Assembly (NCBI GenBank): GCA_017388745.1 | Contig: JAFPHE010000033.1 | Coordinates: forward strand, 1 to 45,974 | Source: Lachnospiraceae bacterium | GTDB taxonomy: Bacteria; Bacillota; Clostridia; Lachnospirales; Lachnospiraceae | Length of the DNA stretch: 45,974 nt | Direction of reading: 5' to 3' | Shown here: one piece after another, positions 28,206 through 37,843 of the stretch | How the letters are laid out: every line of letters starts with the position of its first letter | How positions within the stretch are numbered: position 1 is the first letter of the stretch | Position numbers and translations under genes: made by a program | The notes under the pieces: model-generated | The model's database searches: none | The model's input: only the letters and a program-made list of their open reading frames with translations | What the model was told of the DNA's origin: nothing

Positions 28206-28252
28206 AAAAGGCCGTTGTGCTGTGGTTCAAAACCACGGCACAGCGGCCTTTT
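28206..28252. terminator. Bidirectional terminator between nifJ and the convergent ABC permease gene
   Basis: 22-bp stem AAAAGGCCGTTGTGCTGTGGTT / AACCACGGCACAGCGGCCTTTT (two G-U pairs). T-runs on both strands. Confidence 0.8.
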
Positions 28253-28293
28253 AGGGTTTCTGCAGACATCGGTCGGTGCAGAGGGAACGAGCA

Positions 28294-30915
28294 TCAATAG
28301 CTTTGCTGCGAGTTTGCTTTAATATCTGCTTCGTCAATACCGAAGTATTCGATGATAAATGCGGGGATGCGGTTCCGGTCGAGCGAAAGACTGTAGGCAT
28401 AGTATTCGATACTGCCGTCATTGTCGTACCAGTAACCATCGCTGCTGCCGGACGGGTATGTATCTGATTTCAGATCCGTATATTCCGCGACGGCAATGTC
28501 CTGCTGTCCGTTGGCAGGGACCGGTTCAGGAAAAGATGCTCCGTAAACAGGTTCATTTCCGGTTTCGTTTTTGCCTTCATCATTGCTTTCGTCTGAAGAT
28601 GCGCCGCCGGAAGCACCATCACTGCCGGAATCGGTTCCGATACCTTCGGTACGGTTGCGTACGGATACGTTCAGCCCGTTATAGACCGGACCCATGCCGT
28701 TTTGGCAGTTGAGACTTGTGATCACAGCTGCATCAAGCACTTCACGGATCTGTTCCCGGTCACTGATCACGAGCGGCGCTTTCCTTGCGGCTTCTGTTGC
28801 TTCCCAGTCGAGCCCGGGGAAATTGCGGGAGTCACTGATAACGACAGAGCCGATGTGCTCCGGTTCCAGTGCTGTATTCAGACGTATACCGTTCTGCTCC
28901 AGGATGCCGATCGTCTTTACAAAGGACGGATAGACAGGGTAGTAATCCACATCGTTCATCCAGCCGTAATAGCCGTCCTGTGTACGGATCCAGTCGGCGA
29001 TCGCCTGAAAATCCCTGCTCTTGAACTGCAGGCCGGCTACAGGCATCTCGCTGCGCCTGGTTTCTGCGGTGAGTGTGGCAAACTCGGCCTGATAAGCCTG
29101 AAGGAGGGCGGCAGCATCAGGTACTGCGCCTGAAGGATCAGAAGTTTCCGCGGCGTTTTCCGGATCAGCGAAACGAACATGTTCATAACCGCTTATGTCC
29201 TGATAGTTGGCACCGGAAAGTTCTTCCGGCTTCATACCGAGGACAGGGTAGAATCCTGCCTTATATTCCGGATCATCGTGCAGACGGTCGAGTTCCGTAC
29301 GAAGCATGCTCAGATCGGTGTTATATCTCCGTAAACAGGTACGTCCGTCCGCAAGATGCCAGCAGATGCAGACATTACCGTAGTAAGATGCTGCGTCATA
29401 CGGGACAGAGCCCGGCGTCCGCTCGGAATAGTCTGCGGCAAACAGCATGCTGCGATGACTTTTCTTCAGATCTGCGATGCAGACTTCCGCGATCCGGTAA
29501 GCGTTGTCCAGATCGTGACAGGTCATGCGGTTCATGACGGTGAGCGCAGGGTCGGGGTCGGTATCCTGTCTCACGTAGCTTGTCCCGTCGCTGTTTTTCT
29601 CGAGACGGTAGCTGCGGTTGTAATTAAATGCCTCATCAAGCGCCGGACTTGTGATGCCTACGGAACCGACGGAGACTCTTGCGGGAAGGTAAGTGTCATA
29701 ACCCATGAAGTCAAAGCGGAAGAGTGCAAAGAACACGGCGGCCAGCAGGATACAGATGACCGGATGTGCTTTGTGCGAAAGCGCCTGCCTGAAGTCGAAA
29801 CGGAAAATGATCTCCATGACCAGACAGCTGATGAGAGCGGCACTGACCAGCCCGAAAAGAGCCCATGCGTCTTCGTCCAGGATCTGGTGGAAGAGATATG
29901 CGCCGGTGACTGCGACCGGTATGCAGATCATCAGTTTGATCGGTGCTTCCGTCGCGGCAAAAGCCATTGCATGGCCGGCTGCTTCTGAGCGACGGCGGTG
30001 ATAAAGAAAGAGACTGATCAGCATGAGAACGACTGCAGCTGCCAGCGCTGTCCAGATACGGAACAGTACGGAAGCCTGAAGGCCCGCATATATCCGGCTG
30101 AGTCCGGAACCCGGAAGATTCTGAATGCCGCCGGAAGAGCTGACTCCGCCGGCAAGGTCCAGCATCCAGGCAAAGGGTGAAGTCCGCTGCAAAAGGATCA
30201 TGATGTGATCCACACTCTGATAATAGGTCCTGAAGTAGGAACCCATCAGCCCGTGTATGAGTGTAAACAGCGCTGGACCGTAAGTGAAGAATACAAAAGT
30301 ACCGAGGATCCCGACAAAAACGCTGCCGGTCAGCATCATTGCAAGCACGACCGTCATATATGCAAGCAGGAAGAAAGCCATCTGACCTGCAAAACCGGAG
30401 AGAGCCGCAACGATACAGCCCGTGATCCCTGTATTTGCCTGCACGATCAATGCGGCGGCAAGGCACATGATGAAATACGGTATACCGACGATGAGGATGC
30501 TGTTGATGTTGACAACATGGAAAAGCCGGGTGCGGCTGACCGGAAGGCTGTGGTAAAAGTCGGTCTTACGCTGGTTGTGGAGCCAGGAAAAAGCCGATAC
30601 GCCGATGACGACGGCGAGGCAGCAGAGTACGAAACTCAGGCCTCCGCTGAAGACGCCGGACCAGGAGACAAAGTCTTCAAAGACCCTTTGTGCAGCCAGG
30701 TCCCGCTGCGCAGCCGCATCGGCATAACCGGTAAAATTGCGCTCATTGAGGCGGCTCGTGATATTGGCGAGCATAGGGACCGGGAACATGAAAAAGAAGA
30801 GCAGTGCAGAAAGTGCAGCCGACCAGACTCTTCGTTTCAGGTTTTCACGGATCAGGGAAAGATAAGATGCCCCGGATCCTTCTTTGCGGTCAGAATAAGA
30901 GCTTCTTGATGTCAT
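28294..30915 (-). CDS. Large ABC-2-type transporter permease with a ~450-aa C-terminal extracytoplasmic domain (DUF6449-like architecture)
   Basis: 873 aa. The N-terminal ~420 aa have many hydrophobic helices. The C-terminal part is soluble with a Gly/Ser/Asp-rich stretch. RBS GGAGGTGA. Overlaps the upstream ATPase gene by 26 nt. Confidence 0.7.
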   Translation of the reverse strand: MTSRSSYSDRKEGSGASYLSLIRENLKRRVWSAALSALLFFFMFPVPMLANITSRLNERNFTGYADAAAQRDLAAQRVFEDFVSWSGVFSGGLSFVLCCLAVVIGVSAFSWLHNQRKTDFYHSLPVSRTRLFHVVNINSILIVGIPYFIMCLAAALIVQANTGITGCIVAALSGFAGQMAFFLLAYMTVVLAMMLTGSVFVGILGTFVFFTYGPALFTLIHGLMGSYFRTYYQSVDHIMILLQRTSPFAWMLDLAGGVSSSGGIQNLPGSGLSRIYAGLQASVLFRIWTALAAAVVLMLISLFLYHRRRSEAAGHAMAFAATEAPIKLMICIPVAVTGAYLFHQILDEDAWALFGLVSAALISCLVMEIIFRFDFRQALSHKAHPVICILLAAVFFALFRFDFMGYDTYLPARVSVGSVGITSPALDEAFNYNRSYRLEKNSDGTSYVRQDTDPDPALTVMNRMTCHDLDNAYRIAEVCIADLKKSHRSMLFAADYSERTPGSVPYDAASYYGNVCICWHLADGRTCLRRYNTDLSMLRTELDRLHDDPEYKAGFYPVLGMKPEELSGANYQDISGYEHVRFADPENAAETSDPSGAVPDAAALLQAYQAEFATLTAETRRSEMPVAGLQFKSRDFQAIADWIRTQDGYYGWMNDVDYYPVYPSFVKTIGILEQNGIRLNTALEPEHIGSVVISDSRNFPGLDWEATEAARKAPLVISDREQIREVLDAAVITSLNCQNGMGPVYNGLNVSVRNRTEGIGTDSGSDGASGGASSDESNDEGKNETGNEPVYGASFPEPVPANGQQDIAVAEYTDLKSDTYPSGSSDGYWYDNDGSIEYYAYSLSLDRNRIPAFIIEYFGIDEADIKANSQQSY

Positions 30916-31804
30916 AGCCCGTCACCTCCGTTTCACTGATAAAGATCTCCTCCAGGGAGAGCGGCACGACCTCATAAAAGACCGTGTCAAGCTGTTCCAT
31001 GCGACCGAGAAGTTCATACTCGGAACCTCGTACCGTGAGCGTAAGGATGCTGCCGCGCTGTTCGATCCTCAGGACACTTAAGGGATCGGTAAGATAAGCG
31101 GCGAGATCGTTCGCAGTCATATCCGGTTTCAGTACGCACTGGAGCTTATGAATGTTGAGTTTCATGTCGTCCAGATCTCTTGAGAAGAGGATTCCTCCCT
31201 TATGCAGGAGTCCGACATGGTCACAGATATCCTCGAGCTCACGAAGGTTGTGCGAAGTAATGACAGGGGTCAGACCGCGCTCCGTCATGTCTTCGGCGAA
31301 CAGGGATTTGACAGCCTGACGCATGACCGGGTCGAGTCCGTCAAAGGTCTCGTCACAAAGAAGATATTTTGTTCCCGCGCTTAAGCCCAGGATGATGGAC
31401 AGCTGTTTCTTCATGCCCTTTGAAAATGTATTGATCTTCCGGTTTTCCGGCAGTTCAAAGGCGCCTGCCAGCCGGCCGAAGCGGCCGCGGTCGAAATGCG
31501 GATAGATCTTCGCGAAGAAAGCCATCATTTCCCGCGGGGTGACGTTTGAAAAGAAATACTGCTCATCCGGGACGTAGAAGAACTGTTCGCGGATCCGCGG
31601 AACCGTAAAAACATCTTCGCCGTCGATGAGCACGCGTCCTTCATCAGGCTTCAGTATGCCGGTGACGAGACGCAGAAAAGTGCTTTTGCCGGCGCCGTTC
31701 GTGCCGACAAGTCCGAAAACGCTGCCTTCCGCGATCACGGCATTGACATGGTCGACGGCAGTGACTTCGTCAAATCTTTTAGTAAGATCAACAGATTCGA
31801 TCAT
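30890..31804 (-). CDS. ABC transporter ATP-binding protein
   Basis: Walker A GTNGAGKST; signature FSKGMKKQ; Walker B YLLCDETFDGLD. RBS GGAGGT. Overlaps the GntR gene by 17 nt. Confidence 0.9.
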   Translation of the reverse strand: MIESVDLTKRFDEVTAVDHVNAVIAEGSVFGLVGTNGAGKSTFLRLVTGILKPDEGRVLIDGEDVFTVPRIREQFFYVPDEQYFFSNVTPREMMAFFAKIYPHFDRGRFGRLAGAFELPENRKINTFSKGMKKQLSIILGLSAGTKYLLCDETFDGLDPVMRQAVKSLFAEDMTERGLTPVITSHNLRELEDICDHVGLLHKGGILFSRDLDDMKLNIHKLQCVLKPDMTANDLAAYLTDPLSVLRIEQRGSILTLTVRGSEYELLGRMEQLDTVFYEVVPLSLEEIFISETEVTGYDIKKLLF

Positions 31805-32219
31805 CTGCGTTACCTCCGTTAGAATAAGATCCTGTCCGGGCAGCAGCCTGCTGTGAACCGGCCGAATACAGTTTTCGCACTTCGTTCAGGAGGGCGTCTT
31901 CCGCAATACCGGCAGCGCTTGCTTTTTCCACAACAGCGTCGAATGCCGCGAGCAGATCCGCCTGTTTCTGACGCGTGATCTGATCCATACCCGCGACAAA
32001 GCTTCCTTTTCCTTTCAGCGAATAGATATAGCCCTGCCGTTCCAACTCGATGTAAGCACGCTGGACCGTATTGGGGTTGATGGAAAGATCCGCTGCCATA
32101 CTGCGGACAGAAGGAAGGGGTGTGTTTTCAGAAAGCACGCCCCGGACCATCAGGTCGGACAGTTTTTCGACGATCTGCTCATAAATAGGCCGTCTGTCCT
32201 TATAATCCAGCAGGATCAT
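31788..32219 (-). CDS. GntR-family (YtrA-subfamily) transcriptional regulator
   Basis: PIYEQIVEKL...LPSVRSMAADLSINPNTVQRAYIELERQGYIYSLKGKGSFV winged-HTH with a short C-terminal domain. ATG 32219 is preceded by AAGGAGA; the ORF-track start at 32288 is unsupported. Confidence 0.9.
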   Translation of the reverse strand: MILLDYKDRRPIYEQIVEKLSDLMVRGVLSENTPLPSVRSMAADLSINPNTVQRAYIELERQGYIYSLKGKGSFVAGMDQITRQKQADLLAAFDAVVEKASAAGIAEDALLNEVRKLYSAGSQQAAARTGSYSNGGNADDRIC

Positions 32220-32300
32220 GCTGTCTCCTTTCTTACAGTCATTACTGCGTTTTCTACGGCCGTTTACCGGAATGCGGCAAGCGGTCATATCAGACTGAAT

Positions 32301-32325
32301 ACTGTATTAATCAGCTTAATACAGT
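32301..32325. promoter_or_regulatory. Perfect inverted repeat ACTGTATTAA-N5-TTAATACAGT, candidate YtrA/GntR operator
   Basis: 10-5-10 palindrome read directly from the sequence. On the minus strand it lies immediately downstream of the candidate -10 and about 80 nt upstream of the GntR start. Confidence 0.6.
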
Positions 32326-32335
32326 TGGTATAGTC

Positions 32336-32364
32336 AGTATAGAGCAGGATACTTCCGGAAGCAA
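32336..32364 (-). promoter_or_regulatory. Candidate promoter of the GntR-ABC operon
   Basis: On the minus strand: TTGCTT (32364-32359), 17-nt spacer, TATACT (32341-32336). Confidence 0.5.
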
Positions 32365-32610
32365 TAGATATTTTCTTAAGGTTTTGTGAACGGCGAAAAG
32401 AAAAGCTCAAACAGGTGCCTGATATGGTCCGCAGAAGCTTGATATACATGGAAACGATAGCCGGTTTTCGTTTATTAATAAACGATAAAAAGCCTTTCGA
32501 ATTATTTAAGGGAAACAGGTCTTGTTTGTCTAAAAAATACAAAAAATTGTTTATTAAATATCAAACTGATGTTATACTCAGAGTGAATCTTTGCGCAGCA
32601 GAGGTACTGA

Positions 32611-34986
32611 TTGAAAAAAATAGGAATTAAAATCAAAGTCAGCGGGATTGTTCAGGGAGTTGGTTTCCGGCCATTTATCCATAAACAGATCACTGACCAT
32701 TGTTTGTGCGGATGGGTAAGGAATACCGGCACCGGTTCGGAACTGAAGCTGGAAGGCCCGGAAGATGAAGTCAGAAGATTTGTCGACGAACTTGGAACGA
32801 AGAAACCGTCACTGGCATTGATTGAAAGGATTGAGACGGAGATCTATGAACCTCTGGAAGGGTTTACGGATTTCTCTATCATTATGTCCAAAGACGGGGA
32901 GGAGCGCAACACCCTGATCTCTCCGGATGTCTGTACCTGTGATGACTGTCTGAGAGAGCTCTTTGATGAGCACGACCGCCGGTATCGTTATCCCTTTATT
33001 AACTGTACCAACTGCGGCCCCAGGTTTACGATCATCCGTGATATACCGTATGACCGGGCGAAGACGACCATGTCGTCTTTCCCGATGTGCAGAGCATGTC
33101 ACGATGAGTATACAGACATCAGCGACCGGAGATATCATGCCCAGCCGGACTGCTGCCAGGACTGCGGTCCGCGCCTGATCTTTACGGACCGAGAAGGCCG
33201 CGAGATCCCCGGAGATCAGATCGCACTTACGCTTCAAGCGCTCACGGAGGGCAGGATCGTCGCGATCAAGGGACTGGGCGGCTTTCATCTTGCCTGCCGG
33301 GCAGACCTTCCGGAACTTGCGCTGAAACTGCGCATCAGGAAACACAGGGATGAAAAACCCTTCGCTCTGATGTGTGCGGATGTGGAAGAGGCCCGGAAGT
33401 ACTGTGAGGTCAGTGAAGACGAAGAACGGATCCTCAAGTCCCACCAGAGGCCGATCGTCCTGCTTCGAAAGCGGCTTCCGGCAGACGCCGGAACGGGTGC
33501 GGAGGACCAGGATCCGTGCAGCATCCTTTCCCACCTGAGCGAAAACAGCCGGATCGGGATTATGCTGCCGTACACGCCGGTGCATTTCCTGCTTATGCAT
33601 GAGCAGCTGAAGACACTGGTCATGACAAGCGCGAACCTGTCCGACCGGCCCATCATTTACCGCAATGAAGAGGCACTTACGGAACTGAAAGGCATTGCGG
33701 ACTGTTTCCTTATGAACGACCGTGACATTCACGTTCGCTGTGATGATTCGGTGATGTGGGTGTTTGAAGGAAGGAACTATTTCGCGAGACGGTCGCGCGG
33801 TTATGTGCCGTATCCGCTGACACTGCATGATGCAGGGGGCAGGAAGTTGCAGATCCTTGCATGCGGCGCGGAACAGAAGGCGACGTTTTCTCTTAGCAAG
33901 GGAGTTCACGTCTTCTCGAGCCAGCATATCGGCGATCTGAAGAATATTGAGACTTACGATAACTTCGAGTTACAGATAAAGCACTTTGAAAAGCTGTTTG
34001 AGATCCGGCCGGAGATGCTGGTCTGCGATCTGCATCCCGACTATCTTTCCACGGGCTATGCCATGGAACGTTCGGAGAAGGAGGGGCTGCCTCTTCTTCA
34101 GGTGCAGCACCATTATGCGCACATGGCGTCCTGTATGGCGGATAACGGGCTTGAAGGCCCTGTTATCGGCATCGTCTGGGACGGTACAGGTCTCGGTACT
34201 GACAATAAGGCCTGGGGCGGTGAGTTTCTGGCCGGCGACTACAGCGGCTTTACACGCTGCGGCACTATCCGGGAGATCGCGCTTCCCGGCGGGGACAAGG
34301 CAGTACATGAGATCTGGCGTATCGCAGCGGCACTGCTCGATGATCTCGGCGTACCGGAAGAAGCTGCAGCTATGCTGAAAGGCGTTGATCAGCAGCAGCT
34401 GGACTTTGCCGGAAAACAGATCCGTTCAGGTATCAACTGCCCGCGGACAACAAGTATCGGACGGCTGTTCGACGGTGTGAGCGCGCTGCTCGGCATTCGT
34501 GAGACCGTAAGCTATGAAGGCCAGGGTGCGATCCTGCTGGAGGCGGAAGCTGAGGCAGGATGTGACGAAGCATATCCCTACAGAATAGAGGAACACCTGG
34601 AAGACGATCCTTCCGCGGGACCGAAGTACGTTTTCGATTACCGGCCTATGCTGAAGGCTATGCTGTCCGGACTATCAAAGATGCATGAAACGGCTGCGGA
34701 TCAGGATCCGGGAACACCCGTTAAGATTAAGCGCCGTATTGCAGCGATGTTCATGAACACGCTTACGGATATGGCGGCCGAAATGGCAGTTAAGATCAGC
34801 CGGGATACCGGGCTTCAGAGAGTGGTGCTTTCGGGTGGCTCATTCCAGAACATGTACATTCTGGAGCGCCTGAGCTCGAGACTTCGGGCGGAGGGCCTTC
34901 AGGTATACACACACAGCCGGGTGGCTTGCAACGACGAGGGTCTTTCGCTCGGGCAGCTGATGATCGCCCGGAAAAGAATGCAGTAA
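32611..34986 (+). CDS. hypF: [NiFe]-hydrogenase maturation carbamoyltransferase HypF
   Basis: N-terminal acylphosphatase-like domain (SGIVQGVGFRPF); two zinc-finger pairs (CDDC..CTNCGPRF, CRAC..CQDCGPRL); YrdC-like and Kae1-like domains. TTG start. Confidence 0.95.
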   Translation: MKKIGIKIKVSGIVQGVGFRPFIHKQITDHCLCGWVRNTGTGSELKLEGPEDEVRRFVDELGTKKPSLALIERIETEIYEPLEGFTDFSIIMSKDGEERNTLISPDVCTCDDCLRELFDEHDRRYRYPFINCTNCGPRFTIIRDIPYDRAKTTMSSFPMCRACHDEYTDISDRRYHAQPDCCQDCGPRLIFTDREGREIPGDQIALTLQALTEGRIVAIKGLGGFHLACRADLPELALKLRIRKHRDEKPFALMCADVEEARKYCEVSEDEERILKSHQRPIVLLRKRLPADAGTGAEDQDPCSILSHLSENSRIGIMLPYTPVHFLLMHEQLKTLVMTSANLSDRPIIYRNEEALTELKGIADCFLMNDRDIHVRCDDSVMWVFEGRNYFARRSRGYVPYPLTLHDAGGRKLQILACGAEQKATFSLSKGVHVFSSQHIGDLKNIETYDNFELQIKHFEKLFEIRPEMLVCDLHPDYLSTGYAMERSEKEGLPLLQVQHHYAHMASCMADNGLEGPVIGIVWDGTGLGTDNKAWGGEFLAGDYSGFTRCGTIREIALPGGDKAVHEIWRIAAALLDDLGVPEEAAAMLKGVDQQQLDFAGKQIRSGINCPRTTSIGRLFDGVSALLGIRETVSYEGQGAILLEAEAEAGCDEAYPYRIEEHLEDDPSAGPKYVFDYRPMLKAMLSGLSKMHETAADQDPGTPVKIKRRIAAMFMNTLTDMAAEMAVKISRDTGLQRVVLSGGSFQNMYILERLSSRLRAEGLQVYTHSRVACNDEGLSLGQLMIARKRMQ

Positions 34987-35052
34987 AGCTTTCCTGATAA
35001 GGGTCATTTCAGATCCTGAGAATTATAGATGATCACGAGGGTATAAAAGGAC

Positions 35053-35280
35053 ATGTGTCTTGCGGTACCATTGAGAATAAAGGAACTGGACGGGACGGAT
35101 GCGGTCGTCGAACGCGACGGCGTTAGCCGCAGAGTCAAGGTCAACTTCATCCGTGAGCCGAAAGTGGGCGATTACGTCATGGTGCATGCGGGCTTTGCCA
35201 TTGAGAAAGTGGACAGCCGGCAGGCAGAGGAGGATCTGGAGGCTTTTCGTGAGCTGGAACAGGTCCTGAGTACACTCTGA
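35053..35280 (+). CDS. hypC: Hydrogenase assembly chaperone HypC/HupF family
   Basis: Invariant N-terminus MCLAVP. 75 aa. The stop overlaps the hypD start. Confidence 0.9.
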   Translation: MCLAVPLRIKELDGTDAVVERDGVSRRVKVNFIREPKVGDYVMVHAGFAIEKVDSRQAEEDLEAFRELEQVLSTL

Positions 35281-36311
35281 TGGCTCTTGATAAAAGCAAA
35301 ACCTATCATCTGATGGAGGTCTGCGGGACCCATACGATGGCGATCGCAAAGTCGGGCATCCGTAATGTGCTGCCGGCTTATATACGGCTTGTCAGCGGAC
35401 CGGGCTGTCCGGTCTGTGTCACACCGCCGGAAGTGATCGATGCGGCACTCCGCCTGACGGAACGCCCAAATGTGATCATTGCCACCTATGGCGATATGAT
35501 CCGTGTACCGGGGTCAGTCAAGGGCGACAATCTTGCGAGACGCTCAGCAATGGGCGCAAAAGTACGTATCGTCTACTCGGCGATGGACGCGCTTGAGATC
35601 GCTAAGGCAGAACCCGGGAGCGAAGTCGTTTTCCTCGGCGTCGGATTTGAAACCTCGGCACCGGGCACAGCGACCTCTGTTGAGGAGGCAAAGCGTCAGT
35701 GCATCGGGAATTATTCGGTCTTTTCCATGCTGAAGATGCTGGAGCCGTCGATCCGCGCGCTGGCATCGGACCCGGAGTTTAATGTGCAGGGCTTTATCTG
35801 TCCTGGGCATGTGGCCGTCATCCTCGGCGAACAGGGGCTGAAGTTCTTTGAAGAACTGGATCTTCCTGCAGTGATCGCCGGATTTGATACGGATGACATC
35901 ATCAATGCGGTCCGTATGCTGATGGTGCAGATCGCAAAAGGAGAGGCAAGGCTTGAGAATCAGTATACCGACGTGGTGCGCCCGGAGGGCAATCCCATGG
36001 CACGGGAACTGATGGACAGGTACCTGATCCCGAGGACGGATATCTGGAGAGGCCTCGGCGTGATCCCGGAAAGCGGTTACGGGCTGAGACCCGAGTACGC
36101 CGACTGGGACGCGGAAAAAAAATTCGGTATCCGTTTCGAGGAACCGGTCATAAAAACGGCCTGCCGTTGCGGCGATGTTGTCAAGGGTAAGCTTGACCCG
36201 ACGGAATGCCCGCTTTTCGGAACGATCTGTGTTCCGGAAGATCCGGAAGGACCGTGCATGGTATCCGCCGAAGGCGCCTGTGCCGCGGCATACAAATACA
36301 GATCGTTTTGA
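35280..36311 (+). CDS. hypD: Hydrogenase maturation Fe-S protein HypD
   Basis: Motifs CGTHT, GPGCPVCV, GFETS, CPGHVA and C-terminal Cys-rich region. Confidence 0.95.
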   Translation: MALDKSKTYHLMEVCGTHTMAIAKSGIRNVLPAYIRLVSGPGCPVCVTPPEVIDAALRLTERPNVIIATYGDMIRVPGSVKGDNLARRSAMGAKVRIVYSAMDALEIAKAEPGSEVVFLGVGFETSAPGTATSVEEAKRQCIGNYSVFSMLKMLEPSIRALASDPEFNVQGFICPGHVAVILGEQGLKFFEELDLPAVIAGFDTDDIINAVRMLMVQIAKGEARLENQYTDVVRPEGNPMARELMDRYLIPRTDIWRGLGVIPESGYGLRPEYADWDAEKKFGIRFEEPVIKTACRCGDVVKGKLDPTECPLFGTICVPEDPEGPCMVSAEGACAAAYKYRSF

Positions 36312-36349
36312 TGTTTTCCGTGACATTATCCGGAAAAGAGGACATAAAA

Positions 36350-37354
36350 ATGGATAATTTCATCACGCTGGACTACGGCAGCGGCGGCAAGAAGACCTCC
36401 GCGCTGATCAGCGATATGATCCTGCCGCTTCTGAAAAACGAAGCACTGGAGGAACTGGGTGACGGAGCCGTGATCGACGGCGCAGAAAGACTCGTGTACT
36501 CCACCGACAGTTTTGTCGTAAGCCCGTATTTCTTTCCGGGCGGGGACATCGGCAAGCTTTCGGTCTGCGGCACGGTCAATGATATCAGCATGGCGGGCGG
36601 AGAACCGAAGTTTTTAAGTCTCGGCCTGATCATAGAGGAAGGCCTCCCCGTCGCGGATCTTCAGCGGATCATCGATTCGATCCGCGCGGCCGCGGACAGG
36701 GCAGGAGTCAAGGTCGTCACCGGCGACACCAAAGTGGTGGAGCGCGGCAGGGGCGACGGGATCTATATCAATACTTCCGGTATCGGCTTCTTAAGGACCC
36801 CGAGGCTCTCGCCCCGAATGATCCGGGAAGGCGACGCAGTACTTGTTTCGGGCACGGTCGGCGACCACGGAACGGCTGTCATGCTCGCAAGAAACGAGCA
36901 CCTTGTACAGGCGGATCTTGATTCCGACTGCGCACCGCTCAATGAGATGGCACTGGCGCTGGGGAAGCAGCTCGGCGCTGACTTAAGAGTCATGCGCGAC
37001 CCGACGCGAGGCGGCATTGCCACGACACTGAACGAGTTTATTGAGGACGGAAGATACGGCATCGAGATCATGGAAAAGGACATCCCGGTCCTGCCGGCTG
37101 TCAATATGGTCTCCGAGATCCTCGGACTGGATCCGTACTATACAGCCTGTGAAGGACGGATGCTTGCAGTTGTGGACGCAAAGGCAAAAGACCGGGCGCT
37201 TGAGATCCTTCACGGATTCGCGGACGGAACGGGAGCGGCGGTCATCGGCGAGGTGACAGGCGCGCATCCGGGCAAGCTCGTTATCCGGACACCCATGGGA
37301 GGGGGACGGATCGCAGCCAAACTCAGCGGAGCGCAGCTGCCGAGGATCTGCTGA
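36350..37354 (+). CDS. hypE: Hydrogenase maturation protein HypE (carbamoyl dehydratase)
   Basis: PurM-like fold. The C-terminus ends LPRIC, with the terminal Cys that carries thiocyanate. ATG 36350 follows AAGAGGA; the ORF-track start at 36206 overlaps hypD. Confidence 0.95.
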   Translation: MDNFITLDYGSGGKKTSALISDMILPLLKNEALEELGDGAVIDGAERLVYSTDSFVVSPYFFPGGDIGKLSVCGTVNDISMAGGEPKFLSLGLIIEEGLPVADLQRIIDSIRAAADRAGVKVVTGDTKVVERGRGDGIYINTSGIGFLRTPRLSPRMIREGDAVLVSGTVGDHGTAVMLARNEHLVQADLDSDCAPLNEMALALGKQLGADLRVMRDPTRGGIATTLNEFIEDGRYGIEIMEKDIPVLPAVNMVSEILGLDPYYTACEGRMLAVVDAKAKDRALEILHGFADGTGAAVIGEVTGAHPGKLVIRTPMGGGRIAAKLSGAQLPRIC

Positions 37355-37380
37355 CACGGACATCATAACTTACGGAACTG

Positions 37381-37403
37381 AAAGGCCTCTGGCCTTTGGT
37401 TTA
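37381..37403 (+). terminator. Weak terminator-like hairpin between hypE and the hydrogenase structural genes
   Basis: AAAGGCC-tct-GGCCTTT followed by GGTTTAT. Short stem and poor T-tract, so it may allow read-through. Confidence 0.35.
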
Positions 37404-37447
37404 TAAATCAAGTAGCAACCAATAATAATTAAGAAGGAGAAGGGATT

Positions 37448-37840
37448 ATGCAGGAATACAAAAGGATCAGCATCACCAAAGACGAAATCGTCCCGCTTGC
37501 TGAGAAAATGCGTAAGAACGGTGTGATCCTCGCAATGATCCACGGGTACCTCGACAAGAACGGTCTGCCGAATATCTCATATGAGTATCAGATCGATCCC
37601 GGCATCGAGTCCTACTACGTGGAAGGCGAGAAAGTCCTCCCGACGATCTCTCACATCTACGATCTGGCTGCAGAGTGGCCGGAGAGAGAGCTGAATGAGC
37701 TGATCGACATCACATTCGAGGGGCTGGACACATCCAAGAGACTTTTCATGCCCGACAGCATGCTGGAGGGCCAGGGTCAGATCTTCGTCACTCCGATGTC
37801 AGAGCTGATCGAGAAAGTACAAAAAAAGAAGGAGGACTAA
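37448..37840 (+). CDS. Group 4 [NiFe]-hydrogenase NuoC-like subunit (MbhK-type)
   Basis: AAEWPERELNELIDITFEG resembles the NuoC/HycE-N motif (W-x-ERE..D.FG). Lies immediately upstream of the large subunit. RBS GAAGGAGAAGG. Confidence 0.75.
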   Translation: MQEYKRISITKDEIVPLAEKMRKNGVILAMIHGYLDKNGLPNISYEYQIDPGIESYYVEGEKVLPTISHIYDLAAEWPERELNELIDITFEGLDTSKRLFMPDSMLEGQGQIFVTPMSELIEKVQKKKED

Positions 37841-37843
37841 CAA

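Noticed and set aside
32285-32542. 85-aa minus-strand ORF between the GntR gene and hypF.
   Set aside because: - It lies in the AT-rich divergent promoter region and covers the inverted-repeat operator and both candidate promoters.
- It has no RBS, and its Lys/Ile/Phe-rich translation simply reflects AT richness.
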